DNA from: Deltaproteobacteria bacterium
GTDB taxonomy: Bacteria; Myxococcota_A; UBA796; UBA2385
Direction: 5' to 3'
NCBI GenBank assembly: GCA_016792625.1
Contig: JAEUKK010000027.1
Span: 78,424 to 142,423 of the forward strand
DNA: 64,000 nt
The notes under the pieces were generated by a model. The model worked only from the letters and a program-made list of their open reading frames with translations. It had not been told where the DNA came from and did not search any database. Position numbers and translations under genes: made by a program. This document shows, one piece after another, positions 53,831-64,000 of the stretch (the first letter of the stretch is position 1; the number at the start of each line of letters is the position of its first letter).

Positions 53831-54739
53831 TCAAGAGATGAGGAGCTCGGCCACCCGGCCGCGGCTCGAGGCCCGGCTGTTGATCGCCCGGCCGCACAGC
53901 ACGGTGCGGTGGTGGAAGCTGCCCTGGTAGAGCTCCCGCACGGTCGCCGTGTCGGAATTGCTGAGCAGCACGTGCACCCCGCGGTCTTTGAGCGCGGCGG
54001 CCACGTCGCGCAGCCGCGCTTGGTCGGCCATGCTGAAGCCGTCGGCGGTGTAGCTGGTGAAGTCGGCCGTGTGGCTGACCGGCACATAGGGCGGGTCGAA
54101 GTACACGAAGTCGCCGGGCAGGGCGCGGTCGAGCACGCTGTCGAAGGGCGCGTGCTCGATGTGGGCGCCGGCCAGGGCGCGGCTGGCCACGCGCAGCCCC
54201 TCGGCGTCGCAGATCTGCGGGTCGGCGTAGCGGCCGAGCGGCACGTTGAAGCCGCCGCTGCGGTTGACCCGGTAGAGGCCGTTGTAGGCCGTCTTGTTCA
54301 AGTAGATGAACCAGGCGGCCACGTCGGTGTCGTCGTCGAACTTGTCCACGTCGATGGCCCGCACGGCGTAGAACTGCTCCTCGTCGTGGGCCTCGGCGTA
54401 GTCTTTGAGGCGCAAGATCAGCCCCTCGACGTCATTTTGCACCGCGCGCCAAGTGCGCACGAGGCGAATGTTCACGTCCGACAGGCTGGCCCAGGCGCCC
54501 GGGCGCACAAAACGCCCCGCCAGCGCGAAGAAGAGCGCGCCGCCGCCCACAAATGGCTCGTGGTAGCGCCGAAAGCCCGCCGGTGCGCCCTCGAGCAGCT
54601 CGTCGATCAGGCGGCGCTTGCCGCCGGCCCACTTCACGAAGGGGCGGGCCTGGGCGGGGGGCTGCGCGGGGAGCAGGCCAGGGTGGGCGAGCTGCTGCGC
54701 GCCGGGCCGGGGCAGGGCACGGAGGGAGGGTGCGGGCAT
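53831..54739 (-). CDS. DNA adenine methyltransferase (Dam / D12 class N6-adenine MTase)
   Basis: N-terminal FVKWAGGKRRL, the FxGxG SAM motif EPFVGGGALFF, and catalytic DPPY (VYFDPPYVPVS). Confidence 0.8.
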   Translation of the reverse strand: MPAPSLRALPRPGAQQLAHPGLLPAQPPAQARPFVKWAGGKRRLIDELLEGAPAGFRRYHEPFVGGGALFFALAGRFVRPGAWASLSDVNIRLVRTWRAVQNDVEGLILRLKDYAEAHDEEQFYAVRAIDVDKFDDDTDVAAWFIYLNKTAYNGLYRVNRSGGFNVPLGRYADPQICDAEGLRVASRALAGAHIEHAPFDSVLDRALPGDFVYFDPPYVPVSHTADFTSYTADGFSMADQARLRDVAAALKDRGVHVLLSNSDTATVRELYQGSFHHRTVLCGRAINSRASSRGRVAELLIS

Positions 54740-55179
54740 GGCGGTCCAAGGCCGTGTGGCCGTCGGCGGAGAGCAGGGGGAGGGGTTGACATGCCAACCC
54801 TACTGCTCGACGTGACCTCAGACCAGCCCCGAGACCGCTGATGACGACGACATCTTCGTCGACCCGTGGAACGGCAGCCCCCCGTGCGGGGAACGCCAGG
54901 GCTGGACCGACCCTCGCAGGGGCGGCCCCGGCGCCCGCGCCTGTTCCCCGGGGGGCAGCGGCGCGTGGAACCAACCGGCGATCGGCCCGGCCTCTTGGGC
55001 GCAGCGCCGCGGGGCGGATCGGGGCCCGTGGCGCGCGCGGCGCCGATCCGGCGCAGGACGCCCTCAGAAACCGGTCGCTGGGCCGATGCTCAGCGGCGCG
55101 GCTCGGCTACGCTCGGGCCGTCGCACGGGCGGGCTCCCCCCGCTGCCCTCCGCTGTGTCCCCAAAGAGGGAGGTTGTCG

Positions 55180-58029
55180 ATGTCCCGCCGCTCCGTGCTC
55201 CCCCTGGCCGCGCTGCCCCTCCTCCTCCCCCTGGCCCTCGGCGCGGCCCCCGCCCGCGCCCAAGAGCTGCCCGACGACTTCGTCCTCGAGACGGTGGCCG
55301 GCGGCTTCTTCCTCCCCATCACCTTTGACCTCGCCTGGGATGGCACACCTTTTGTCGCCACCAAAGACGGCAAGGTCTGGTCGGTCGATGAAGACGGCGA
55401 CAAGCGCGTGGTCCTCGACCTCAGCGCCGAGGTCAACGGCCAGGGTGACCGCGGCATGGTCGGCCTCGCCCTGCACCCCGACTTCGAGGTCAACGGCTGG
55501 TTCTACGTCGTCTACACCGTCGATCCCATCGAGGGTGAGCCGGATGAGGCCGCCACCGCCGCCTCGTGGGGCCGCCTCGAGCGGTGGACCTTGACCCGCC
55601 GCCCCGGCGCCGCGCCGGCCGACTGGGCCCTCGACCCGGCCAGCCGCTTCGTCATCATCGGCGAGACCCCCGAGGCCGGCTTCCCCAGCTGCTCGGTCAC
55701 CCACCACGTCGGCTCGGTGCGTTTTGGCCCCGACGGCGCGCTCTACGTCTCGGCCGGCGAGGGCGCACACTTCGACTACTACGCCGATCTGGGCCAAGAC
55801 CTCACCGCCGACGATGAGCAGTGCTCGGCTTGGTTCACCGACGATGACGTGGGCGCCCTGCGCGCCCAGGCCCTCTGGTCGCTCGGCGGCAAGGTGCTGC
55901 GCCTCGACCCCGAGACCGGCCTCGGCCTGCCCGACAACCCGCACTACACGGGCAACCCGAGCGACATCGAGTCGATGGTCTGGGTCAACGGCCTGCGCAA
56001 CCCCTGGCGCTTCTCGATCGACCCGGTCGACGGCTGGGTGTGGATCGGCGACGTCGGCGAAGACCGCTGGGAAGAGCTCAACTTCGCCCCCGGCGGCGAG
56101 AACTTCGGCTGGCCCTGCTACGAGGGCATCTCTGACAACCCGCAGTACCTCGAGGCCGACGCACCGTTGGCCGGCTGCGAGACCATCGAGACCAGCCTCA
56201 ACCCCGGCGATCTGACCTCGCCGCTGATGACCTGGAACCACTACGTCGACACCCTGCTCAGCCCGAGCGGGGTCAGCGACACGCTGTTCACCGGGGCGAC
56301 GGCCCTGGCCGGCCCGACCTACGTCGGCGGCCTCTACCCCGAAGAATACGTCGGCCGCGTCTTTTTCGGCGACTTCACCGCCGGCTGGCTGCGCACCGCC
56401 GAGGTGAACATCACCGGCAGCGGCCACTTCGCCGAGGCCGAGCTGCTCAGCGTCGAGACCTTCGGCACCGATCTCATCGGCTTGGTCGACATGGGCGCCC
56501 ACCCGGTCACCGGCGACCTCTACCTGCTCAACATTTACAACGGCGGGCTCTTCCGGCTGAAGTACGACGGCGGCGGCGACCGCGCGCCGATCCCGGTGCT
56601 CGAGCTCAGCGCCAACGCCGGCTCGGCCCCCTTCGCCGTCTCAGCCGACGCCAGCGCCAGCCTCGACCCCGAGGGTGCGCCGCTCAGCTTCACCTGGCTG
56701 TGGGGCGATGGTGCCACCTCGACCGGCCCGACGGCCACCCACACCTACACCGCGGGCGGCACCTACCTGCTGACCCTGCGGGTGAGCGACGCGACGGGCA
56801 ACGTCAGCTCGACCGCCCAGCGCATCCTCGTCGACCGCAGCGCGCCGACCGCGACGATCACCGCGCCGGTCGACGGCCTGCGCTTCACCCTGCCCAACAC
56901 GTTTACGCTCAGCGGGGTGGGCACCGACGCCGAAGACGCGCCCGCCGCCCTGCAGTATCGCTGGTCGATCGACCTCTACCACAACACCCACTACCACCCC
57001 TCCTACCGGGTGCTGACCGGGGCCAACGCCAGCCTGCCCGTGGCGGCGATCGACGAAAACGGCTTCATGGAGGTGAACCTCACCGTCACCGACAGCGACG
57101 GCCTGACCGCCACCGACAGCGTGCGCATCTACCCGAGCAACCGCCCGCCCGCGGCCAGCGTGCCGGCGGGCCAGGTCGGCCGGGCCGGCGCGCCCATGCT
57201 CATCCCGCTGACCATCGTCGATCCCGAGGGTGACGACATCACCATCGAGGCCCTCGACCTGCCCGCTGGGGTGAGCCTCGACGTCGCGGGGCGTCGCCTG
57301 CTGTGGACGCCGACGACCGCCCAGGTCGGCACGCACACCTTCCGCCTGCTGGTCGGTGACCGCAACCCTGCGCCGATGACCCGCGAGCTCATCTTTGACG
57401 TCGAGGTGCTGCCCAGCAGCAGCCAGGTGCTCGCCCTGACCATGACCGAGGACTGGGGCGGCGGCTACTGCGGCGACATCGAGTGGACCAACGACACCGG
57501 CGCGCCCGTGCGCGACTGGGCCATCCTGATGGGCCTGACCGCCGAGGTCTTCGCGTCTTGGTCGGGCGTGTTCAGCGAGGTGGCCGGCGGCTACCTCATT
57601 GAGCCGGTCTGGTACAACGAAGAGCTGCCGCCTGGCGCCACCCTCCTGGTCGGTTTCTGTGCGGCGGGCCCGGCCCCGAGCAGCGTCGAGCTCATCCTGC
57701 CCGACACCGAGACCGGCGAGGGCGCCGATGTGTTGGTCAGCTACACCGAGTGGGGCCGCTGGGGCGCGGCCAGCTGCGGCGACGTGTCCATCCGCAACAA
57801 CGAGCCGCTGCCGATCATCGGCTGGACGGTCAGCTTCGACCTGCCGATCACCCACGATCTCAGCAGCTTCTGGTTGGCCAACATCACCGAGCCGCTGCCC
57901 GGCCAGTGGCAGGCCAGCGACGAGGGCTGGAACGCCTGGCTCACCGAAGCGGGCGGCGAGCCGCAGGTCTTCGGCATCTGCATCGCCGGCGCCTCGGCCC
58001 CGACCAACCTGAGCTGGGGGCCGATCTAA
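55180..58029 (+). CDS. Secreted GSDH/PQQ-dependent sugar-dehydrogenase-like beta-propeller enzyme with one PKD domain, Ig-like domain(s) and two C-terminal CBM2-like carbohydrate-binding modules
   Basis: RBS agagggagg, then the ATG at 55180. Signal peptide MSRRSVLPLAALPLLLPLALGAAPARA. GSDH-family motifs (LETVAGGFFLPITFDLAWDGTPFVATKDGKVW ... MVGLALHPDF ... GWFYVVYT). PKD (FTWLWGDGATSTGPTATHTYTAGGTYLLTLRVSDATGN). Two CBM2-like units, each with a Cys pair (GGYCGDIEWTN ... GFCAAG; ASCGDVSIRNN ... GICIAG). The ORF 54841 start is rejected. Confidence 0.75.
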   Translation: MSRRSVLPLAALPLLLPLALGAAPARAQELPDDFVLETVAGGFFLPITFDLAWDGTPFVATKDGKVWSVDEDGDKRVVLDLSAEVNGQGDRGMVGLALHPDFEVNGWFYVVYTVDPIEGEPDEAATAASWGRLERWTLTRRPGAAPADWALDPASRFVIIGETPEAGFPSCSVTHHVGSVRFGPDGALYVSAGEGAHFDYYADLGQDLTADDEQCSAWFTDDDVGALRAQALWSLGGKVLRLDPETGLGLPDNPHYTGNPSDIESMVWVNGLRNPWRFSIDPVDGWVWIGDVGEDRWEELNFAPGGENFGWPCYEGISDNPQYLEADAPLAGCETIETSLNPGDLTSPLMTWNHYVDTLLSPSGVSDTLFTGATALAGPTYVGGLYPEEYVGRVFFGDFTAGWLRTAEVNITGSGHFAEAELLSVETFGTDLIGLVDMGAHPVTGDLYLLNIYNGGLFRLKYDGGGDRAPIPVLELSANAGSAPFAVSADASASLDPEGAPLSFTWLWGDGATSTGPTATHTYTAGGTYLLTLRVSDATGNVSSTAQRILVDRSAPTATITAPVDGLRFTLPNTFTLSGVGTDAEDAPAALQYRWSIDLYHNTHYHPSYRVLTGANASLPVAAIDENGFMEVNLTVTDSDGLTATDSVRIYPSNRPPAASVPAGQVGRAGAPMLIPLTIVDPEGDDITIEALDLPAGVSLDVAGRRLLWTPTTAQVGTHTFRLLVGDRNPAPMTRELIFDVEVLPSSSQVLALTMTEDWGGGYCGDIEWTNDTGAPVRDWAILMGLTAEVFASWSGVFSEVAGGYLIEPVWYNEELPPGATLLVGFCAAGPAPSSVELILPDTETGEGADVLVSYTEWGRWGAASCGDVSIRNNEPLPIIGWTVSFDLPITHDLSSFWLANITEPLPGQWQASDEGWNAWLTEAGGEPQVFGICIAGASAPTNLSWGPI

Positions 58030-58180
58030 GGTCGGGCGCCCGGGCGGGCCCTGCGGGGGTCGCGGGGGCCCACCGCCGCGGCGCAGGGCGCCGCGGCGCC
58101 CCGCTCCGCCCCGGTCCGCTGTGCGGCCCGGGGCCCGCTGCGCGGCCCCTGCGGTCCCTGGCGCGGCCCATGGCCCTCTT

Positions 58181-59860
58181 CTACTTGATGCGGAAGCCCC
58201 GCAGCTCGTTGTTGAAGACCCATGCCACCACCTCGCCGATCTCGAAGCCGGCGGCCGAGTAGGTGTGGGTGCTGGCCGCGGCCGAGCCGGCCTCGCGCAG
58301 GTCGGCGCGGGTCTGCAGCATGGCCCGGAAGCGCCCGATCCAGGTCTGGATGTTGCTCGGCCGCAGGTCGATCCAGCCCTTCTTGGCCCACTTGTCGAGC
58401 GCGTCTGGGTCGCCCAAGGGCACGCTGGCGCTGTGGCCGACCAGCTCGGGCACGTTGATCCGGGGCCCGCGCAGCACGGTCTGGCCGTCGGGCAGCAGCA
58501 CGGGGATGCCGATGCTCGGCGCGGTCTTCGCCACGCCCGACTTCTCCAAAATACCCTCCAGGCGCTTGCTCACCGCGGCTGGGTCGGCGCCGGCCTCGAT
58601 CGCCTTGGCCATCGTGCCGTAGGCCTGCTTGAACAGCTGGGCCTCGAAGAGCAGCTTGCTCAGCTCGGGCGGCCCGAGGCGGCCGAGCGCGATGCTCGGC
58701 ACGCCGGTCTCGAGCTCGACCGCCTCGAGGTCGTGCATGGCGGCGCTGCGCAGCAGGCCGGCCTTGTACGAGGGGTTGAGCACGCTGGCGTCGAGGCTCG
58801 ACACGATGTCCTGGCCGGTGTTCGCGCCGCGGATCTCGTGCACGACCGTGCGGGCGATCTCCTCAGGGGTGATGAACTCCATCTGGCCCAGCGCGGTGAT
58901 CGCCGCGAACTCTCCGCGGGTGAACACGCCGTTCTCGCCGGTGTCGACCAGCGGCACCTCGAGGCTGCCCACCTCTTTGTAGCCCTCGGCGCTCTGGCGC
59001 AGCTCCAGCGCCTTGTGCTCGCCGAGTTTTACCGCGACAGGGGCGTACAGCACGCTGTTCTCGTGCTTGTCGCGGGCACGGGCGACCTTGACCCCGCGGT
59101 AGCCGATCATGGCGGCGGGCTTGACCTCTTTGACGATCGGCGCGTCGGGCGTGCGGGCGAGCAAGAACAGCAGGCCGGTGTGGCCAAAAGCCGCCTCGTT
59201 CTTGGCCAAGAGCTTGTGGCTCGGGCGGTCTTCGCTGTGGGTGTAGGGGATGTTCAGCCCCATGCCGCCCGTGCCCGTCGTGCCCACCTTCAAGTAGACC
59301 TGGGTCTGGTACTCGGTGGTCGCGCGGTGCACGAAGCGCACGTGGCGCACGAGCTGGGGCACCGACTGGCTGAGCAAGAAGACCTCGAGGTCGGTCACGC
59401 CCTCGGGCGCGTAGCCGCCCTCGGCGCCGATCCACTCGCGCACCTTGGCGCTGCCGTCGAAGACGTCCTGGTAGGACAGGCCGGTGGCCGTGTTGACGCA
59501 GTCGACGATGACCTCGGGGCGGTGCTGGCGGATGAGCTGCACGAGGTGGTTGTCGCGGTAGGCCGCCTCAAAGTCGTCGTAGAGGGCCGCGAGCAGCTCT
59601 TTGCGCACGGCGCGGTCGGCGAGCAGCTCTTTGCGCTTGCGGTCGGCGTGGCGGGCCGGCAGGAAGAGGTCACCCCAGGCGGGCACAAAAGCGACCCGGT
59701 CGCCAAACTCGCGCTCGAGCTTGAGCGCGGCCTCTTCGGCCTCGGCCCGCAGCAGCGAGGCCACCACGATGCGCCGGGGCTGCAGGCGCTGCACGATGTG
59801 CCGGCAGACCTGCAGGCCGACCAGGCCCGCGCCGCCGAGGATGAGAAAGTCGTGGTACAT
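58181..59860 (-). CDS. Hypothetical NAD(P)-binding Rossmann-fold protein (559 aa)
   Basis: MYHDFLILGGAGLVGLQVCRHIV (GxGxxG) at the trimmed N-terminus (ATG at 59860). The upstream 160 aa of the ORF 58181..60349 are Arg-rich junk. The rest has no confident family assignment. Confidence 0.5.
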   Translation of the reverse strand: MYHDFLILGGAGLVGLQVCRHIVQRLQPRRIVVASLLRAEAEEAALKLEREFGDRVAFVPAWGDLFLPARHADRKRKELLADRAVRKELLAALYDDFEAAYRDNHLVQLIRQHRPEVIVDCVNTATGLSYQDVFDGSAKVREWIGAEGGYAPEGVTDLEVFLLSQSVPQLVRHVRFVHRATTEYQTQVYLKVGTTGTGGMGLNIPYTHSEDRPSHKLLAKNEAAFGHTGLLFLLARTPDAPIVKEVKPAAMIGYRGVKVARARDKHENSVLYAPVAVKLGEHKALELRQSAEGYKEVGSLEVPLVDTGENGVFTRGEFAAITALGQMEFITPEEIARTVVHEIRGANTGQDIVSSLDASVLNPSYKAGLLRSAAMHDLEAVELETGVPSIALGRLGPPELSKLLFEAQLFKQAYGTMAKAIEAGADPAAVSKRLEGILEKSGVAKTAPSIGIPVLLPDGQTVLRGPRINVPELVGHSASVPLGDPDALDKWAKKGWIDLRPSNIQTWIGRFRAMLQTRADLREAGSAAASTHTYSAAGFEIGEVVAWVFNNELRGFRIK

Positions 59861-59895
59861 GCTGTCCTCGCGAAGGTGAGGGGAGGGTGAGGGGC

Positions 59896-60684
59896 TCAGC
59901 GGCGCCGGTCGGCGGCCAGCGCGGCGCCGAGCAGCAGCAGGTCGGCCGGGCCGAGCCCGCCGGGGGGCGGCGGCAGGGCCACGCCGGCCCGGGCCGCCAC
60001 GGCGAAGGCCAGCCCGCGGGCCCCGGGCGGGCCCCGGCGGCTGGCCGCGGCCTTGCGCAAGGCGGCCAGCAGGGCGCGATCGTCGAGGAAGCTGGTGATC
60101 GGCCAGAACCACAGGCCCAGCGCCTCCTGGTCGGCGGGCAGGGCATCGGCCATCCAGCCGGCGAGCTTGCGCATCCAGTCGACGTGCAGGGCGGTGAAGA
60201 CCACGTCGGCCGAGGCCAGGGCGTCGACCAACAGGGGGTGCAGGTCGCCGGGAAAGACGTAGGGCAGGTCTTGTTCGCTGAGCGCCATGCGGCTCGCCCG
60301 CACACGCGCGGGTGAGGCGGCGTGGTGCAGGCGGGCGGCGGGCACCCACCAGCGCAGGTCACCCTGGGCAGCGGCCTCGAGCGCGGCGGCCCAGGGCGCG
60401 GGCAGGGCGGCCCCGGCCTCGACGTGGCTCAGCCCCGCGTGCACCGCGGCCTGCAGGTCTGCGGCCGGGTCGGGCAGGGGAGTTGGGGGCGAGATGCCCG
60501 CCAGCGCGTTGATCTCATCGGGCAGGCCCAGCTGGGCCAGCGCGGCCTGCAGCGGCGGCGCGCGCCGGGCCAAGCGGGCCACCGCCGCGGCGAGGCGCGG
60601 CTCGGCGAGGGCGTCGGCGTCGGGGGCGGCGCAGAAGTGCGCGAGGGCGGCGTCGGCCGCCTCACGCGGCGGGGGCAGGGGCAC
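59896..60684 (-). CDS. Hypothetical protein
   Basis: 262-aa ORF with reasonable composition and GC3 bias. No motif recognised. Confidence 0.35.
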   Translation of the reverse strand: MPLPPPREAADAALAHFCAAPDADALAEPRLAAAVARLARRAPPLQAALAQLGLPDEINALAGISPPTPLPDPAADLQAAVHAGLSHVEAGAALPAPWAAALEAAAQGDLRWWVPAARLHHAASPARVRASRMALSEQDLPYVFPGDLHPLLVDALASADVVFTALHVDWMRKLAGWMADALPADQEALGLWFWPITSFLDDRALLAALRKAAASRRGPPGARGLAFAVAARAGVALPPPPGGLGPADLLLLGAALAADRRR

Positions 60685-60790
60685 CGGAGCTCCGCGGCGG
60701 CAGGGGCGGGGACTCTACCAGCCGGCGGGGCCCCGCTGGGCCGCCGGCCCCGGGGCTGCGGGGCAGCGCCCCCGCGCGATAACCGCGGCC

Positions 60791-61828
60791 ATGCCCGACG
60801 CCCTGACCCTGCCCCGCCCCGACGACTGGCACCTGCACCTGCGCGACGGCGCGGCGCTGGCCGCGGTGCTCCCCCACACCGCCCGCCAGTTCGCCCGGGC
60901 GGTGGTGATGCCCAACCTGAGCCCGCCCGTGGTGCGCCTCGCCGATGCCCGCGCCTACCAGGCCCGCATCGAGGCGGCCCTGCCGCCGGGCGCGGCTTTT
61001 CAGCCGCTGATGACGCTGTACTTGACCGAGGCCACCCCGCCCGAGGCCCTCATCGAGGCCGCCGAGAGCGGCGCGGTGGTGGGCGTCAAGCTCTATCCGG
61101 CGGGGGCGACGACCAACTCCGACAGCGGGGTGCGCGAGGTGAGCGCCGTGCTGCCGCAGCTCGAGGTGATGGCCGCGGCCGGCCTCCCCCTGCTGGTGCA
61201 TGGCGAGGTCACCGACCCGGCGGTCGACATCTTTGACCGCGAGGCGGTCTTTTTGGAGCGCACCTTGGGCCCGCTGCTCGAGCGGCTGCCCACCCTGCGC
61301 GTGGTGCTCGAGCACATCACCACCGCCGCCGCGGTGCGCTTCGTCGACGCCGCCGGGCCCCAGCTCGGGGCCACGATCACCGCCCACCACCTGCTCGCGA
61401 CGCGCAACGACATGCTGGTGGGCGCCATCCGGCCCCACTACTTCTGCCTGCCGGTGCTCAAGCGCGCCCGCGACCGCGAGGCCCTGCTCGAGGCCGCAGC
61501 GCGGGGCCCGAGCCGCTACTTCTTGGGCACCGACTCGGCGCCGCACGCCGTCGACAAGAAGGAGTGCCCGGCGGGCTGCGCGGGCAGTTTTACCGCCCAC
61601 GCCGCGCTCGAGCTCTACGCCGAGGCCTTTGACGAGGTCGGCGCCCTCGACCGGCTGGCCGACTTCGCCAGCCGCAACGGGCCGCGCTGGTATGGCCTGC
61701 CCGAGAATGACGGTGAGGTCACGCTCCTGCGCGAGGAGTGGGCGCCGCCAGCCGCCTACCCCTTTGGTGCGGGCGCGCTGCGGCCCTGGCGCCACGACAA
61801 GCCGCTGCGCTGGCGCTTCGTCGGCTGA
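60791..61828 (+). CDS. pyrC: Dihydroorotase (class II, E. coli type)
   Basis: MPDALTLPRPDDWHLHLRDG ... VVMPNL ... KLYPAGATTNS ... PLLVHGEV ... FLGTDSAPH is near-colinear with E. coli PyrC. The ORF 60287 start is trimmed to the ATG at 60791. Confidence 0.85.
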   Translation: MPDALTLPRPDDWHLHLRDGAALAAVLPHTARQFARAVVMPNLSPPVVRLADARAYQARIEAALPPGAAFQPLMTLYLTEATPPEALIEAAESGAVVGVKLYPAGATTNSDSGVREVSAVLPQLEVMAAAGLPLLVHGEVTDPAVDIFDREAVFLERTLGPLLERLPTLRVVLEHITTAAAVRFVDAAGPQLGATITAHHLLATRNDMLVGAIRPHYFCLPVLKRARDREALLEAAARGPSRYFLGTDSAPHAVDKKECPAGCAGSFTAHAALELYAEAFDEVGALDRLADFASRNGPRWYGLPENDGEVTLLREEWAPPAAYPFGAGALRPWRHDKPLRWRFVG

Positions 61829-61835
61829 GGGCGGC

Positions 61836-63215
<1,380 letters not shown>

Positions 63216-63252
63216 GCACCGCCCCCGTTGGCCCAGCGGGGCCGCGGCGGGC

Positions 63253-64000
63253 CTATCGCGGCGCCCCGGCGCTGGCGGGGGGCTCGACCCGCTGCAGCAG
63301 CAGCTCGAAGCGCGCGCCCGGCCCGCCCTCGGCGAGGCGCAGCTGCCCGCCGTGCTCGCTGACGATGGTGGCCGAGATGCCCAAGCCGAGCCCGGTGCCC
63401 TCACCCAGCGCCTTGGTGGTGAAGAAGGGCTCGAAGATCTGCTTGCGAATGGCCTCGGGCACGCCCGGCCCCTCATCCTGTACGGCCAGGCAGACCGCCG
63501 GCCCGGGCGCGCCGCCCAGCTCACAGGCGAAGGTGCCCGCCTCGACGCTGACCGTGATGGCCCGGCCGCGCGGGCTCACCGAGACCGCGTTGATGAGCAG
63601 GTTCACCAAGGCCTGCTCGATGAGCACGGGGTCGACCAGAACATGCGCGCCGCCGCTGGTGTCGATGACCAGCAGCTCGAGCTCATTGGTGCGGGCCAGC
63701 GTCTCGACCATGCCCACCGCGGCCTCGGCCAGCCGCACCGCGGGCAGGGCCTCGCGGGCGCCCTCGCGGCGGCTGTAGTCGAGCATCCGGCGGATCACGA
63801 GGCTGATCCGGTCGGTCTGCTCGGCGGCGATGCGGGCGTGCTCGCGGGCCTGCTCCCCCTCGGCCTGCCCCCGCGCGATCTTCCGCACCCGCGCGCTGAT
63901 CACGTTGAGCGGCGTGCCGATCTCGTGGGCGACCCGGCTCATCATCATGCCGATCGCGCCGAGGCGGTCGGCGTGGCGCAGCTGCTCGCGCAGGCGGCTG
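63253..64000 (-). CDS. Sensor histidine kinase (HisKA + HATPase_c), 5'-truncated by the window edge
   Basis: H-box VAHEIGTPLN, N-box LVNLLINAV, G-boxes DEGPGVP / GTGLGL. Lies directly upstream of the NtrC-like regulator (two-component pair). Confidence 0.75.
   Translation of the reverse strand, partial: SRLREQLRHADRLGAIGMMMSRVAHEIGTPLNVISARVRKIARGQAEGEQAREHARIAAEQTDRISLVIRRMLDYSRREGAREALPAVRLAEAAVGMVETLARTNELELLVIDTSGGAHVLVDPVLIEQALVNLLINAVSVSPRGRAITVSVEAGTFACELGGAPGPAVCLAVQDEGPGVPEAIRKQIFEPFFTTKALGEGTGLGLGISATIVSEHGGQLRLAEGGPGARFELLLQRVEPPASAGAPR

Noticed and set aside
54841-55179. N-terminal 113-codon extension of the dehydrogenase ORF
   Set aside because: Arg/Ala/Gly-rich with no signal peptide. 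A strong RBS (agagggagg) and canonical signal peptide begin at the ATG at 55180, so translation most likely starts there.

Overview
High-GC (~70%+) bacterial chromosomal window, most likely from a myxobacterium (Myxococcota): it encodes a protein ending in a MYXO-CTERM-type sorting signal, an Oar-like TonB-dependent receptor, MopE-like Cys-rich repeat lipoproteins and many secreted lipoproteins. About 45 protein-coding genes are supported. Recognisable housekeeping and regulatory genes include pyrC dihydroorotase, heme A synthase CtaA, a RumA/RlmD-type rRNA methyltransferase, Hsp15 (S4 domain), a ThiE/TenI-family gene, an NhaC antiporter, a Dam-like methyltransferase, a low-molecular-weight protein tyrosine phosphatase (LMW-PTP), a TetR regulator with an FAD monooxygenase, and an NtrC-type sigma-54 regulator with a sensor kinase. 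The rest are mostly secreted or lipoprotein genes of unknown function. No rRNA, tRNA, CRISPR array or obvious transposase was seen. Most six-frame ORFs that are not called are Arg/Pro/Ala/Gly-rich shadow ORFs produced by the GC bias, antisense to real genes. The most striking locus is a minus-strand operon at about 24.3-34.5 kb: LMW-PTP, NfeD/YqiJ-like membrane protein, flotillin (SPFH), a 1867-aa coiled-coil protein carrying one MoxR/AAA_5-like ATPase module, and an OmpA/MotB-like peptidoglycan-binding lipoprotein. This looks like an uncharacterised flotillin-associated envelope system. Other notable genes are a lipoprotein fusing a cytochrome c CxxCH motif to a PHM/DBH-like copper monooxygenase fold, a cytoplasmic protein built from a recent ~350-aa internal tandem duplication with GDPH motifs, a secreted GSDH/PQQ-type dehydrogenase with a PKD domain and two CBM2 domains, and a membrane pseudokinase.
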